Shown: one piece after another, positions 21,304 through 31,581 of the stretch
How the letters are laid out: each line of letters opens with the position of its first letter
How positions within the stretch are numbered: the stretch's first letter is position 1
NCBI GenBank assembly: GCA_963822585.1
Contig: CAWGIE010000035.1
Location: forward strand, 192,001 to 256,000
Length of the DNA stretch: 64,000 bases
Direction: 5' to 3'
From: an uncultured bacterium
Lineage (GTDB): Bacteria > Auribacterota > Erginobacteria > Erginobacterales > Erginobacteraceae
Program-made: the position numbers and the translations under genes
Notes under the pieces: model-generated
The model's input: the letters and a program-made list of their open reading frames with translations, nothing else
Database searches by the model: none
What the model was told of the DNA's origin: nothing

Positions 21304-22305
21304 GTGAAGATAGACGATCTGATTAAAAAATCCCGGGATGGAGAAATATTCAGCAAAGCCGAACTGGTGCGGATGCTGAACTTCGCCCCCGATTCGCCGG
21401 AGTCCTACCGGCTGATGGCGGAGGCCAACCGGATATCGAAAGAACTGACCGGAAACCGGGCCGAGGTTCACGCTCAATTCGCCCTCAACCTGGCGCCTTG
21501 CGACGGCAACTGCGCTTTCTGCGCCTTCGCCCGGGTGAACGGTATTTTTTCCGAGGAGATCCGCATTACCCCCGCGGCGGCGGTCGCCTATGCCCGGCAA
21601 TTCGAGAGCGACGGGGCTAACGCCGTCTTTATCATGACCACCGCCCATTATCCTTTCGGACTCTTTCTGGAGATCGCCCGGGAAGTGCGCAATGTCCTGA
21701 AGCCGGAGACGATCATGGTGGCCAATGTCGGCGACCAGTCTCTGGAAAACGCCCGGCAGGTGAAAGCGGCCGGCTTCTCCGGCGTCTATCACGCCCTGCG
21801 GTTGCGGGAGGGGATAGACTCCGGCATCTCCCCGGAAAAACGCCAACGAAGCATCCGGAACTTCCAGGAGGCCGGGCTGCGGGTCGGCACCTGCGTCGAG
21901 CCGGTGGGTCCCGAACATGCCGCCGAAGAACTGGCGGAGATGATCTTGTTCACGGCCTCGATCGCGCCCGCCTACAGCGGCGCCGGCCGCCGGATCACCA
22001 TCCCCGGCTCGAAGATCAGCGCCCGGGGGATGATCAGCGAGCTGCGAATGGCGCAGATCGTCGCCGTCACCCGCCTGGGGATGCCCCGTTCGGTGATCGG
22101 CAACTGCACCCACGAGCCCTGCACCCTGGGAGCGCTGGCCGGGGCGAATCTCTTCTGGGCGGAAGTGGGCGCCAACCCGCGGGACACCGAAGAAAAGACG
22201 GAGGAGGGCCGCGGAATGACGGTGCCCGGTTGCCGGGAGCTCTTCCAGGAATGCGAATGGGGAGTTTTAAAGGGGCCCTCGCGTTTTTACGGCGGGAAGA
22301 ATTGA
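21304..22305 (+). CDS. Radical SAM protein, BioB-like family of unknown function
   Basis: CDGNCAFC (CxxxCxxC), GTCVEPVGPEH and HEP...AGANLFWAEVGANPRD. Confidence 0.85.
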   Translation: MKIDDLIKKSRDGEIFSKAELVRMLNFAPDSPESYRLMAEANRISKELTGNRAEVHAQFALNLAPCDGNCAFCAFARVNGIFSEEIRITPAAAVAYARQFESDGANAVFIMTTAHYPFGLFLEIAREVRNVLKPETIMVANVGDQSLENARQVKAAGFSGVYHALRLREGIDSGISPEKRQRSIRNFQEAGLRVGTCVEPVGPEHAAEELAEMILFTASIAPAYSGAGRRITIPGSKISARGMISELRMAQIVAVTRLGMPRSVIGNCTHEPCTLGALAGANLFWAEVGANPRDTEEKTEEGRGMTVPGCRELFQECEWGVLKGPSRFYGGKN

Positions 22306-22369
22306 TTTTTTTCGCCGCCCGCGCCCGTTAGATGCCGTCCGGACAACCCGATTTTGTTTGACCTATAGG

Positions 22370-22453
22370 GTAGCCGCACCTTTTAAGGTGCGTTGTTATT
22401 TGCCTGTGCAATAATTGTCATCCGTTATCACGCAGGTTAAAACCTGCGACTAC
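22370..22453. repeat. GTAG-type REP doublet
   Basis: gtagccgcaccttttaaggtgcg ... cgcaggttaaaacctgcgactac; related singlets at about 15160, 34530 and 41098. Confidence 0.7.
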
Positions 22454-22509
22454 CAAAATCGGGTTTATCGGACAACCTATTTAGTCCTCGTTATTTCAGG
22501 AGGTGCCGT

Positions 22510-22974
22510 ATGCCGCAGTTGGTCAAGGGAGGGAAGCACGTATTCGGCTGGTCGAAGGTTGACGGCGCCGGCGGAGTGGTCATCCCGCCGGAGGCGGTCG
22601 CGGAGTATCGCTTGGGAAAGACGGAGAACGCCATCTTGATCTCCGGCAGTAAAACTTCGGGGGGTTTCAGCCTCTGCAAGAGGGATTCTCTGCTGAAATC
22701 ACCCCTGGGCGCGGCCATGAAGGAGTGGCCGGAACCAACCGGTCGCGGTGAGTCCGCGGAACGGGTTGTTACAGTCCGGGGGAGATCGTTCTGCCCGGTC
22801 ACGGTCGTCAACGGACGCTTTGTTCTCCCCGGCCGGGCGCTGACGGCGTACGGCGTCCGTCCCGGCGGCCGGCTCCTGGTCATTCGGGGCAGCAGTCTCG
22901 GCGTGGGCTTCGGGGCGCGGGGCCCGATCATCGAGGAAGCCAAACGCCATCCCGAGCTGGAAGTCTTCGAATAA
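22510..22974 (+). CDS. Conserved hypothetical protein, AbrB-like
   Basis: MPQLVKGGKHVFGWSKV...VVIPPEA...GSKTSGGF; RBS aggaggt. Confidence 0.7.
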   Translation: MPQLVKGGKHVFGWSKVDGAGGVVIPPEAVAEYRLGKTENAILISGSKTSGGFSLCKRDSLLKSPLGAAMKEWPEPTGRGESAERVVTVRGRSFCPVTVVNGRFVLPGRALTAYGVRPGGRLLVIRGSSLGVGFGARGPIIEEAKRHPELEVFE

Positions 22975-23049
22975 GTCTTATGCCCTTTTCCTCGTTATAT
23001 CTGACGCGGGATGAATTTAAACCAAGAAAGATAGGGCATTGATATGAAG

Positions 23050-23180
23050 TGGATCAGGAGAGCAGGTTATCAGTGGGAAGAGGATCAGAAAATCAGAGGA
23101 TCAGGTGTCCGTGGCCTGGCATCCTGCTATCCTGTTAACCTGATAACCTGCCAACTGATTTCCTGATTACCTGATCTCCA
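23050..23180. repeat. Family B palindromic element
   Basis: ggatcaggagagcaggttatcag ... ctgataacctgcc...ctgattacctgatctcc. Confidence 0.8.
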
Positions 23181-23243
23181 TTGTTTGACTATTCAGATCT
23201 TCTCATTCCTTCGTGTCCTTCGTGGTGAAAAGGAATCCCGGGC

Positions 23244-23666
23244 ATGATCGCTGTATTAAGACATGAGATAACCGTGACGGCGGAGCTGCTTGACAGCAAC
23301 CATCACGTCAACAACGTCGAGTACGTTCGCTGGATGCAGCAGATCGCGATCATGCACTCCAACGCCGTGGGATGCGGGCCGGTCCTGCAACGGCTCGGAG
23401 CCACCTGGTTTGTCCGCGAACACCGGATCGTCTATGACCGGCCCGCTTTCCTCGGCGACGAGATCGTGGGTCTGACCTGGGTATCGGAGATGAGCCGGGT
23501 CCGCTCATTGCGGAAATATAAATTTATCCGCCCGAAGGACGGTGTCGTCCTGGCCCGGGCCGAGACGGACTGGGTCTTCGCGGACGCGAAGACCGGCCGT
23601 CCCCGTTCCATCGCGGAAGAGATCCGCGACCGGTTCACCGTTGTGCCGCCCGACCGGGAGCCGTGA
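23244..23666 (+). CDS. Acyl-CoA thioesterase (hotdog fold, 4HBT family)
   Basis: LDSNHHVNNVEYVRW, HRIVYDRPAFLGD and TDWVF...GRP motifs. Confidence 0.9.
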   Translation: MIAVLRHEITVTAELLDSNHHVNNVEYVRWMQQIAIMHSNAVGCGPVLQRLGATWFVREHRIVYDRPAFLGDEIVGLTWVSEMSRVRSLRKYKFIRPKDGVVLARAETDWVFADAKTGRPRSIAEEIRDRFTVVPPDREP

Positions 23667-23687
23667 AACCAGGTCCCACCCCATTTC

Positions 23688-23935
23688 TTACCCGGGCTTA
23701 AACGTTAAACCCCGTTGGGGTTCTCCTATCCGGACCCCGAAGGGGTCCAACATTTCAGCCCCGGGTTCCACCCGGGGATATAGACAGTCTCACCCAAACC
23801 CCCCGCACCCTGAAGGGGTGCAACGTTCATCGATTCGGATGTTGAACCCCGTTGGGGTTCGTTTTTGGTGGGAAGATGGGACATGTATCCCGGGGTTTCA
23901 CCCCGGGTTTAAACGTTAAACCCCGTTGGGGTTCT
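23688..23935. repeat. Solo REP/BIME cluster of the Y1-transposase family
   Basis: aaaccccgttggggttc, agccccgggttccacccgggg and cgcaccctgaaggggtgcaac, as at 9.6-11.4 kb. Confidence 0.88.
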
Positions 23936-24463
23936 CTTGCCCTCCAATGCTTCCCCTAATTCTTCCGGCGAGGAGATAAGGCGGAGATGGCGAAAGTTGG
24001 TCCGGTCGATGATGAAATCCCGGCGGAGATTGTTGAGAAATTCCTGCCAGCCTTTCCCGTAGAGGAGCACGGAGATATCGCTGATCTGCCCGCTTTTCAG
24101 CAGGTCCCAGACGAACATGACCTCGGTGACGGTGCCGATCCCTCCCTCCAGGGCCAGAAACAGATCGGCGTGCTCAGCGAAGTGGTCGAGCCGGGTACCC
24201 AGCGTCTTCGCCATCACGAACTCGTTGACGTAGTGGTTGGGCGGCATGGTGAAATGCTGCAGCCCGATCCCGTGGCATTTCCCCCCGCCGTCCCGGCAGC
24301 CCCGGCAGAGCGCCTCCATGGTTCCCCCGTAGCCGCCGCAGAGGAGATGCCACCCCGCCTCCCCGATGATCCGGCCGATTTTGACGGCGGCGCGATATTC
24401 GGGGGTATCCTTCCCGGTTACCGCGCTCCCGAAAACGGCGATTATTTTCTGGTCTCCAATCAT
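23909..24463 (-). CDS. LOG-family nucleotide monophosphate nucleosidase-like protein
   Basis: IAVFGSA, CGGYGGTMEA and ALEGGIGTVTEV (PGGxGTxxE variant). Confidence 0.85.
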   Translation of the reverse strand: MIGDQKIIAVFGSAVTGKDTPEYRAAVKIGRIIGEAGWHLLCGGYGGTMEALCRGCRDGGGKCHGIGLQHFTMPPNHYVNEFVMAKTLGTRLDHFAEHADLFLALEGGIGTVTEVMFVWDLLKSGQISDISVLLYGKGWQEFLNNLRRDFIIDRTNFRHLRLISSPEELGEALEGKRTPTGFNV

Positions 24464-24744
24464 GTAAAAAGTCCGGCGAGAATTGCCTCCGCTTCTTCGA
24501 CCGAAGCGACCCGGTTGACGACGATCTCGCCGTTGTCGTGGATGTGGACGGTGATCCCGCCCAGCGTCAGATACAGCACCCCCAGCCGGTCCATGAGCAT
24601 GACTTTCTCGGTGATCTTCCGGGCCTTCTCCGCCAGTGGCGGGAGATCGAGCAGCCGGCCGGCGCTCCCCTGAACGGTGACCGTGCTGTCCTCGTGGCAG
24701 TATTCGTGAATGCTTAGATTTAAATCCTGTATTTTCACCACCAA
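24460..24744 (-). CDS. Small hypothetical protein resembling the ThiF/MoeB C-terminal extension domain
   Basis: Coupled to LOG by an ATGA overlap; LDLPPLAEK...ITVHIHDNGEIVV...EEAEAIL pattern. Confidence 0.55.
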   Translation of the reverse strand: MVVKIQDLNLSIHEYCHEDSTVTVQGSAGRLLDLPPLAEKARKITEKVMLMDRLGVLYLTLGGITVHIHDNGEIVVNRVASVEEAEAILAGLFT

Positions 24745-25620
24745 GACACTAACCCCCCCCGGCCCCTTTTATAATCACCAAGACACTAAGACACTAAGAA
24801 ACACCAAGAAAACTTTTGTTCCCCCCCCTCGGCCCCTTGATTACCACCAAGATACTAAGACACTAAGAAAACTATTGTCCCCCCCCTCGGCCCCTTTTTA
24901 TAACCACCAAGACACCAAGACACTAAGAAACACCAAGAAAACTAATGTTTCCCCCCCCTCGGCCCCTTTTTATAACCACCAAGACACTAAGACACTAAGA
25001 AACACCAAGAAAACTTTTGTTCCCCCCCCTCGGCCCCTTGATTACCACCAAGATACTAAGACACTAAGAAAACTATTGTCCCCCCCCTCGGCCCCTTGAT
25101 TACCACCAAGATACTAAGACACTAAGAAAACTATTGTCCCCCCCCTCGGCCCCTTTTTATAACCACCAAGACACTAAGACACGAAGGAACACCAAGAAAA
25201 CTTATGTCCCCCCCCTCGGTCCCTTTTTATAACCACCAAGACACTAAGACACTATGGTAGCGCCTTCGGCGCTACTAATGACGAAACCCGAAACCCGAAA
25301 TCCGAAAGAATGTCCAATGACTTAATGTCAAAATGATCTTATCCAAGTTGATGGGTGTTGTGTCGTACTGGTATTCGTCATTCGAATTTAGTCATTCATT
25401 CGTCATTCATCATTCGGATTTCGTCATTCGTATTGTTTGCTATTATGGAAAATCCGAATAAGTCTTAATAATCGGAACTGGAAGTCTCTCCCACAATTTT
25501 TAGTGTCTTTGTGTCTTAGTGGTTATTTAGTATTTTTGTGTCTTCGTGTCTTAGTGGTTATTTCCCTTTGAAGTGTCTTAGTGGTTATTTTTTTGAGTAT
25601 TTTTGTGACTTGGTGGTAAG
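24735..25620. repeat. Composite non-coding element 1: forward family A array + family C palindrome + reverse family A arms
   Basis: 60-70 bp units CCCCTCGGCCCCTT..ACCACCAAGACACTAAGACACTAAGAAA; core 25246-25498; reverse arms 25500-25620. Confidence 0.9.
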
Positions 25621-26273
25621 AAGGGGGCGATGGCGGCTTTGATTTCTTTGACGGCGCGGGCCGGGTCTTCGGCCTGGTGGATGGCGCGGCCGATGATCTC
25701 GAAGTCGCCGCCGGCCTCGATCGCTCGCCCGAACTCTCCCCCCTGGGCCCCGATCCCGCAGCAGACAATCAACAGATCGGGGCCGATGATCTCCCGGACC
25801 CGTGCCACCACGTCGGGCCGGTTCCCGGGCGCCTGGACGCCGGCCGCCCCCAGCATCCGGGCCAGGCCGGCGAATTCCTCGGTGAACTGGGAGGTGAAGT
25901 CGAGACCGCCGGGGTTGGTGAGCTGGGTGACGACGAAGACTTTCATTTCACCGGCCGTCTCGATCGCGGACTGGATGGCGTCGATCCCGATGAACCCCTG
26001 GACCATCACCCCGTCGGCGCCCGCCTCGCGGCAGAGCTGGATGATGGGGTTATTGGTCACCGGAACATCGGCGACTTTGAAATCGGCCAGGATCGGCTTC
26101 CGGTACCGTTCCTTCACGTCGGTGATGATCGAAAGCCCCTCCCGGAGGACCAGGGGGTAGTTGAACTTGATGACGTCGATATCGCCGATCACCCGGTCAA
26201 GCAGGCCGAAGGCGGCCGCCCGGTCGGCGACGTCCAGCGCCAGCATGATGCCGCTTTTTCTTTCCCATTTCAT
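25578..26273 (-). CDS. pyrF: Orotidine-5'-phosphate decarboxylase (archaeal-like type)
   Basis: LALDV, IKFNYPLV, ADFKVADVP (DxKxxD), GIGAQGG and IIGRAI motifs. Confidence 0.9.
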   Translation of the reverse strand: MKWERKSGIMLALDVADRAAAFGLLDRVIGDIDVIKFNYPLVLREGLSIITDVKERYRKPILADFKVADVPVTNNPIIQLCREAGADGVMVQGFIGIDAIQSAIETAGEMKVFVVTQLTNPGGLDFTSQFTEEFAGLARMLGAAGVQAPGNRPDVVARVREIIGPDLLIVCCGIGAQGGEFGRAIEAGGDFEIIGRAIHQAEDPARAVKEIKAAIAPFLPPSHKNTQKNNH

Positions 26274-26279
26274 GTTTGA

Positions 26280-27296
26280 TAACCACTAAGGCACGAAGAT
26301 AATTTTTATTCCCCCCAACCTCGGCCCCTTGATTACCACCAAGACACTAAGACACGAAGAAACACCAAGAAAACTTTTGTTCCCCCCCCTCGGCCCCTTT
26401 TATAACCACCAAGACACTAAGACACTAAGAAACACCAAGAAAACTTTTGTTCCCCCCCCTCGGCCCCTTTTATAACCACCAAGACACTAAGACACTAAGA
26501 AACACCAAGAAAACTAATGTTCCCCCAACCTCGGCCCCTTTTATTACCACCAAGACACGAAAACAAAAACACCAAGAAAACTTATGTTCCCCCAACCTCG
26601 GCCCCTTTTATTACCACCAAGACACGAAGACACGAAGAAACACCAAGAAAACTAATGTTCCCCCCCTTACCCCTTATCCCCTATCCCTGCTTTTCTACCA
26701 CCAAGACACTAAGACACGAAGAAACACCAAGAAAACTTATGTTCCCCCCAACCTCGCCCCCTTTAATAACCACCAAGACACTAAGACACCAAGAAACACC
26801 AAGAAAACTATTCTTCCCCCCCCTCGGCCCTTTTTTAACAGACGATTGAATGTGATTGGATATGGGTTGTGGCCGCTACCTTGGCCCCTTTGATTACCAC
26901 CCCCGTACAGCTTCGCTACGGGGCGGAGCAAGACACTATGGTAGCGCCTGCGGCGCTACTAATGACGAAACCCGAAACCCGAAATCCGAAAGAATGCTCA
27001 ATGACTTAATGTCAAAATGATCTTATCCAAGTTGGTGGGTGTTGTGTCGTAATTGGTATTCGTCATTCGAATTTAGTCATTCATTCGTCATTCGTCATTC
27101 GGATTTCGTCATTCGTATTGCTTGCTATTATGGAAAATCCGAAAAAGTCTTAATAATCGAGGCTGGAAGCCTCTCCCATAATTATATTCTTTTCTTAGTG
27201 TCTTTGTGTCTTAGTGGTTATCCAGTTTTTTTGTGTCTTAGTGGTTATCCAGTTTTTTTGTGACTTAGTGGTTATTTAGTTTTGTGTCTTAGTGGT
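26280..27296. repeat. Composite non-coding element 2 (direct repeat of element 1)
   Basis: Same architecture as element 1; core 26930-27183 is nearly identical to 25246-25498. Confidence 0.9.
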
Positions 27297-28468
27297 TATT
27301 TCCCTTTAAAGGATTGAGCAATCTCTGAGAGTGCCTGGGCCAGGTAGCTCACTTCTTCCTCGGTGTTGAAGATCCCGAAGCTGGCCCGGACGGTGCCTTC
27401 GGGAAAGGTGCCCACCGCCCGGTGCGCCTCCGGGGCGCAGTGCAGGCCGTCGCGGACCTTGATGTTGTAAACCCGGTCGAGCAGGCTGGCCGTCTCCCGC
27501 GGGGGGAGACCGGTAAGGTTGAAGGAAACAACGCCATGATGGATCCCGGGGGAAGGGAGGTAGAGGACGACTGATTCCAGCCGGGACAGCTCCTCGACCG
27601 CCAGCCCGGTCAGCTTCCCGATGTGCCGGTGGATGGCGCTGACGGTTTTTTCCCGGATGTAGTCAGCCCCGGCCTGGAGGCCGGCGATCCCCCAGCTGTT
27701 CTGGGTTCCGACTTCAAACCGGTGAGGCAGTTCATCGATAAAGATCTCCCGGGTTGAGCGGACCCCGGTTCCTCCGAATTTCAGAGGCAGCACTTTTCCG
27801 GCCAGGGTATCGCGGATATAGAATCCCCCGGTGCCGGTCGGCCCCAGGAGCCCCTTGTGTCCGGAGAAAGCGAGAAAATCGATGCCCATCTCCTCCACGT
27901 CGATGGGACAGGTCCCCAGGCTCTGGGCGGCGTCGACCACGAGGGCGATCTCCGGATGTCTCCGGAGCAGTCCCCCGATCTCCCCGATCTTCATCACCAC
28001 CCCGAAGGCGTTGGAGATATGATTGATCAGGCACATTCTGGTGGCGGGGAGGATCTCTTTCTCGATCCGGTCGAGGAAGACGCCGTCCTGAAGAGAGGCG
28101 TCCAGTCGGGTGATGGTGACGCCGCGGTGGAGGGCGAGATAGGAGAGCGGCCGGATCACGGAGTTATGCTCGAACGGGGAGGTGATGACGTGATCCCCGG
28201 GCTGGAGAAGGCCGAGGATGGCGGTGTTTAAAGCTTCCGTGGCGCCGGAGGTGAAGATCAGGTCCCCGGCCGGGCAGTTGATCAGCTCGGCGATGCCTTC
28301 CCGGGTCTGATCGCCGATCCGGGCGACTTCCCGACTCTCGCGGTAAAAACCCCGGTCGTTGCCGATGCCGATCCGGCGGGCGAATTCATCGGCGGCCCGG
28401 TAGACCGCTTCCGGTTTGGGGAACGAAGTGGCGGCCTGATCGAGATATACTTTATTTTTCTTCCGCAT
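27296..28468 (-). CDS. Cysteine desulfurase family protein (class V aminotransferase)
   Basis: YLDQAATSFPKP, EHNSV, DAAQ, SGHKGLLGPTGTG and RDGLHCAP motifs. Confidence 0.92.
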   Translation of the reverse strand: MRKKNKVYLDQAATSFPKPEAVYRAADEFARRIGIGNDRGFYRESREVARIGDQTREGIAELINCPAGDLIFTSGATEALNTAILGLLQPGDHVITSPFEHNSVIRPLSYLALHRGVTITRLDASLQDGVFLDRIEKEILPATRMCLINHISNAFGVVMKIGEIGGLLRRHPEIALVVDAAQSLGTCPIDVEEMGIDFLAFSGHKGLLGPTGTGGFYIRDTLAGKVLPLKFGGTGVRSTREIFIDELPHRFEVGTQNSWGIAGLQAGADYIREKTVSAIHRHIGKLTGLAVEELSRLESVVLYLPSPGIHHGVVSFNLTGLPPRETASLLDRVYNIKVRDGLHCAPEAHRAVGTFPEGTVRASFGIFNTEEEVSYLAQALSEIAQSFKGK

Positions 28469-29390
28469 CTTTCATCAGGGAGTGGAGCCATCGGGTTTCC
28501 CTCTTGGTCGGTTTGGTGACGGAGCCGACGGTGACGTTAACCTCTTTGAGATCGAGGCCGGTAAACTGTTCTATGCTCTCCAGAATATAAAGCTGGAGGC
28601 CGTGGATCCGTCCGCTGACTTTCATCCCGAAGGGGAGCCGGAGGATGATTTCCAGGCGGTAGGATCCTCCCGCCGGGGTGACGACGATCTTCATGATCTT
28701 GAGATCGGGGTTATACTCGTTCACGCAGTGAATGACCATCTGGCTGAGCGCGCTCTCCGATATCCTGACCTTCCCCTTATCGCTGTACTCGGGGCGAACC
28801 AGCGTTTTCTCGAAAGTGTTGTTCCCCCTCCAGAAGAAGAGGCTTCGCTTCAGAAAAACCTGTACCGGATCAAGGAAGATATGCTGATGCTCCCGCTTCA
28901 CTTCAATCGCCGGGACCGGGATGATATGCTTGCCGCTGATCTTCCGGGAACGGGAGGCGGCCTCGATCTCTTCATGGGTGGCGATATCCTCGATTTGAAT
29001 AATCCGGCTCGGGTCCGGCAGCCCGAGCCGGTAGGCAATGATCCTGGTCATCTTCTCGGATGTGCCGACGATCAGGATTTTTTTAAAGTCTTCCATCCGG
29101 AGGCTGTCGATCACTTCCCGGGCGTGCGTTTCGTCATAGAAAAGGGCGGTCTTGACCGCGGTGTACTTCCGCTTTTCCTTTTTGGCCGATTTTCCGGCCA
29201 GGATTCTCTGGTCCTTGATCGCCAGGCCGTCGTCGATAATGATATCGATGCCGAACCTCTGCGCGACCAGCTGGGCGCGAAAGCTCTTGCCGGTCCCGCT
29301 CCTGCCGACCAGCGCGAAGACCTTGATGCCTTTAAAGAAAAGGGCGATGTGATGGAAAAAGGATTTGACGTTCAGGGTATAGGTATACAT
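28452..29390 (-). CDS. P-loop NTPase with a C-terminal Asp23/Gls24-like domain
   Basis: GRSGTGKS Walker A, IIDDGL, AGKSAK, GKHIIPVP and EKTLVRP motifs. Confidence 0.8.
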   Translation of the reverse strand: MYTYTLNVKSFFHHIALFFKGIKVFALVGRSGTGKSFRAQLVAQRFGIDIIIDDGLAIKDQRILAGKSAKKEKRKYTAVKTALFYDETHAREVIDSLRMEDFKKILIVGTSEKMTRIIAYRLGLPDPSRIIQIEDIATHEEIEAASRSRKISGKHIIPVPAIEVKREHQHIFLDPVQVFLKRSLFFWRGNNTFEKTLVRPEYSDKGKVRISESALSQMVIHCVNEYNPDLKIMKIVVTPAGGSYRLEIILRLPFGMKVSGRIHGLQLYILESIEQFTGLDLKEVNVTVGSVTKPTKRETRWLHSLMKDAEEK

Positions 29391-29394
29391 TTTC

Positions 29395-30219
29395 TCACCA
29401 TCCCCCGGGGCGGCTGAGGCGGACTTCACCGGAGACGACCTCTTCCCGCGTTCCATCCGACATTCTTACCAGCAGGCTTCCGGTCGGCGTGATGTCAAGC
29501 GCCTCGGCGGTAAACTCGGAACTCTTCCGGATAATTACGATCTCTTTGCCGATAACGACGGACAATTTACGGTATTCTCTCAGGAGCCCCGTGAAGTCTC
29601 CTTCTTCAAAGGCATCGCGATAGAGCCGTTCCAGTGTCAGGAGCACCGGGACCAGGATCCGCATCCGGGAAATCCGCCGCCCCGAGCAGAGCCGCAGTGA
29701 GGTCGCCCGGTCGCGGAACTCCGCGGGAAATGAGGTCGTGTTGACGTTGATCCCGATCCCGACGATGATATATCCGCCCCCCCGCTCTCCGGTCCCGAGT
29801 TCGGTCAGAATGCCGGCCGTTTTTTTCCCGTCGATGACGATATCATTGGGCCACTTGATCCCGGCGGAAAGTCCGGTAATCTTCCTGAGCGCCCCGGCGA
29901 CGGCGACCGCGGCCAGCGGAGTAACCAGCAGGATCCGCGGATGTGAAAGGGGCGGACGAAGGATCAGGGAAAACCAGAGCCCGGTTCCGGCCGGTGAAAT
30001 CCAGCTTCTCCCCCTCCGGCCCCGGCCGGCGGTCTGCTCTTCGCTGATAATCAGGGTCCCTTCCGGGGCGGCCTCCTCCGCCAGTCTCCGGGCGAACGTA
30101 TTGGTCGAATCAATGGATTGAAAAAAGTGTATCCGGGAGCCGAAGGTATGTCCCTCCAGGGCTTCCCGCAAGTCATCTTCAGAGAGAGATGTGTCTCCTT
30201 CTCCCGATGCCGCCCTCAC
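29395..30219 (-). CDS. birA: Biotin--protein ligase
   Basis: IDSTN, EEQTAGRGRRGRSW, IKWPND, KKTAGIL and GIGINV motifs; no HTH. Confidence 0.93.
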   Translation of the reverse strand: MRAASGEGDTSLSEDDLREALEGHTFGSRIHFFQSIDSTNTFARRLAEEAAPEGTLIISEEQTAGRGRRGRSWISPAGTGLWFSLILRPPLSHPRILLVTPLAAVAVAGALRKITGLSAGIKWPNDIVIDGKKTAGILTELGTGERGGGYIIVGIGINVNTTSFPAEFRDRATSLRLCSGRRISRMRILVPVLLTLERLYRDAFEEGDFTGLLREYRKLSVVIGKEIVIIRKSSEFTAEALDITPTGSLLVRMSDGTREEVVSGEVRLSRPGGW

Positions 30220-30268
30220 GCTACTCCCCGGTTTTTTCCCGAAATACGTGCTGAGCTCATCTAACCAG

Positions 30269-30441
30269 TTAGCGCCTTCGGCGCAACTCGGTCAGGGCAA
30301 CGGTAACCCCGGTAGTTACCGGGGTTTCGTTTGTCGGTTACGGTTACGTGCGCCCGGCGCGGCGGCCGTTACCCTAACCCTCACCGATACGGGCTTCGTT
30401 ACCCTTACCGTTGCCTTTTATTGAAATTCCGAAGCAGCAAG
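30269..30441 (-). repeat. Family E element inside shared outer ends
   Basis: ttagcgccttcggcgc ... ttgaaattccgaagcagcaag. Confidence 0.75.
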
Positions 30442-31575
30442 CTACTTGAACAAGGCCAGCATGACACCGGCGGCGACCGCCGATCCGATCACGCCCGCGA
30501 CATTGGGGCCCATCGCGTGCATCAGCAGGAAGTTGGCCGGATCCTCCTGCTGGCCGATTTTCTGGGAGACCCGGGCCGCCATCGGGACGGCGGAGACCCC
30601 GGCCGATCCGATCAGCGGATTGATCTTCCCGCCGGTCAGCTTGTTCATCAGTTTCGCCAGGAGTACCCCCCCGGCGGTACCGATCGCGAAGGCCAGCACC
30701 CCCAGAACCAGGATCTCGATGGTCTGGAGATTCAAAAACCGCTCCGCCGTGGCGGTGGCCCCGACGGAGAGACCGAGGAAGATCGTGACCATGTTGATCA
30801 AGGCGTTGGAAACGGTGTCCTTCAGACGATCCACGACCAGGCATTCCTTGAAGAGATTTCCCAGCATCAGCATCCCGATCAGGGGCGCGGCCGGGGGGAG
30901 CATGAGAACGACAACCAGCGTCACGAAGATCGGGAAGAGTATCTTCTCGGTCTGGGAGACGGGCCGGAGCTGCGCCATCCGGATCCGCCGTTCCTTCTTG
31001 GTGGTCAGCAGCCGCATGATCGGCGGCTGGATGATCGGAACCAGGGCCATGTAGGAATAGGCCGCCACCGCCACCGGTCCCAGCAACAGCGGGGCGAGAC
31101 GGGAAGTCAGGTAGATGGCGGTGGGGCCGTCGGCGCCGCCGATAATCCCGATCGAGCCGGCTTCCCGGCCGGTGAAACCGAGCATGATCGCCCCGAAGAA
31201 AGTGGTGAAGATGCCGACCTGGGCCGCCGCCCCCAGGAGGAGGGACTTGGGATTGGCGATCAGGGGGCCGAAGTCGGTCATGGCGCCGACACCCATGAAT
31301 ATGATCGGCGGCCAGATGCCCAGCTCATCCCCCTGGTAAAAATACCAGAGCAACCCCCCCGGATTGCCCACCCCCCCGGGGGGGCTCATCAGGCCTCCGA
31401 AGGGGAGATTGGTCAGAAACATCCCGAAGGCGATCGGGACCAGGAGGAGGGGCTCGAAGCGTTTTTTGATCCCCAGGTAAAGAAGGATGAACGAGATCAG
31501 GATCATCGCCACCTGGCCGAGATGCAGCCCGCTGATCCCCATGCTCCGGATAAATTGGCCGGCGATATGTTCCAT
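30442..31575 (-). CDS. mmdB: Na+-translocating decarboxylase beta subunit
   Basis: [45 protein letters not shown] and [14 protein letters not shown] motifs. Confidence 0.95.
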   Translation of the reverse strand: MEHIAGQFIRSMGISGLHLGQVAMILISFILLYLGIKKRFEPLLLVPIAFGMFLTNLPFGGLMSPPGGVGNPGGLLWYFYQGDELGIWPPIIFMGVGAMTDFGPLIANPKSLLLGAAAQVGIFTTFFGAIMLGFTGREAGSIGIIGGADGPTAIYLTSRLAPLLLGPVAVAAYSYMALVPIIQPPIMRLLTTKKERRIRMAQLRPVSQTEKILFPIFVTLVVVLMLPPAAPLIGMLMLGNLFKECLVVDRLKDTVSNALINMVTIFLGLSVGATATAERFLNLQTIEILVLGVLAFAIGTAGGVLLAKLMNKLTGGKINPLIGSAGVSAVPMAARVSQKIGQQEDPANFLLMHAMGPNVAGVIGSAVAAGVMLALFK

Positions 31576-31581
31576 TATAAA

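Noticed and set aside
21304..22305. Calling the radical SAM gene bioB
   Set aside because: Only the CxxxCxxC motif and a general resemblance are visible; BioB-specific motifs (e.g. YNHNLD) are absent and no other bio genes are adjacent.
24710..26931. ORFs 24710-25099, 26447-26893, 26517-26849 and 17330-17572 (NHQDTKTLR repeats)
   Set aside because: Incidental reading frames through family A repeats; repeat unit lengths are often not multiples of three.
13194..27296. Integron cassette array
   Set aside because: No integron integrase, genes lie in both orientations, and the repeats lack the RYYYAAC...GTTRRRY attC structure.
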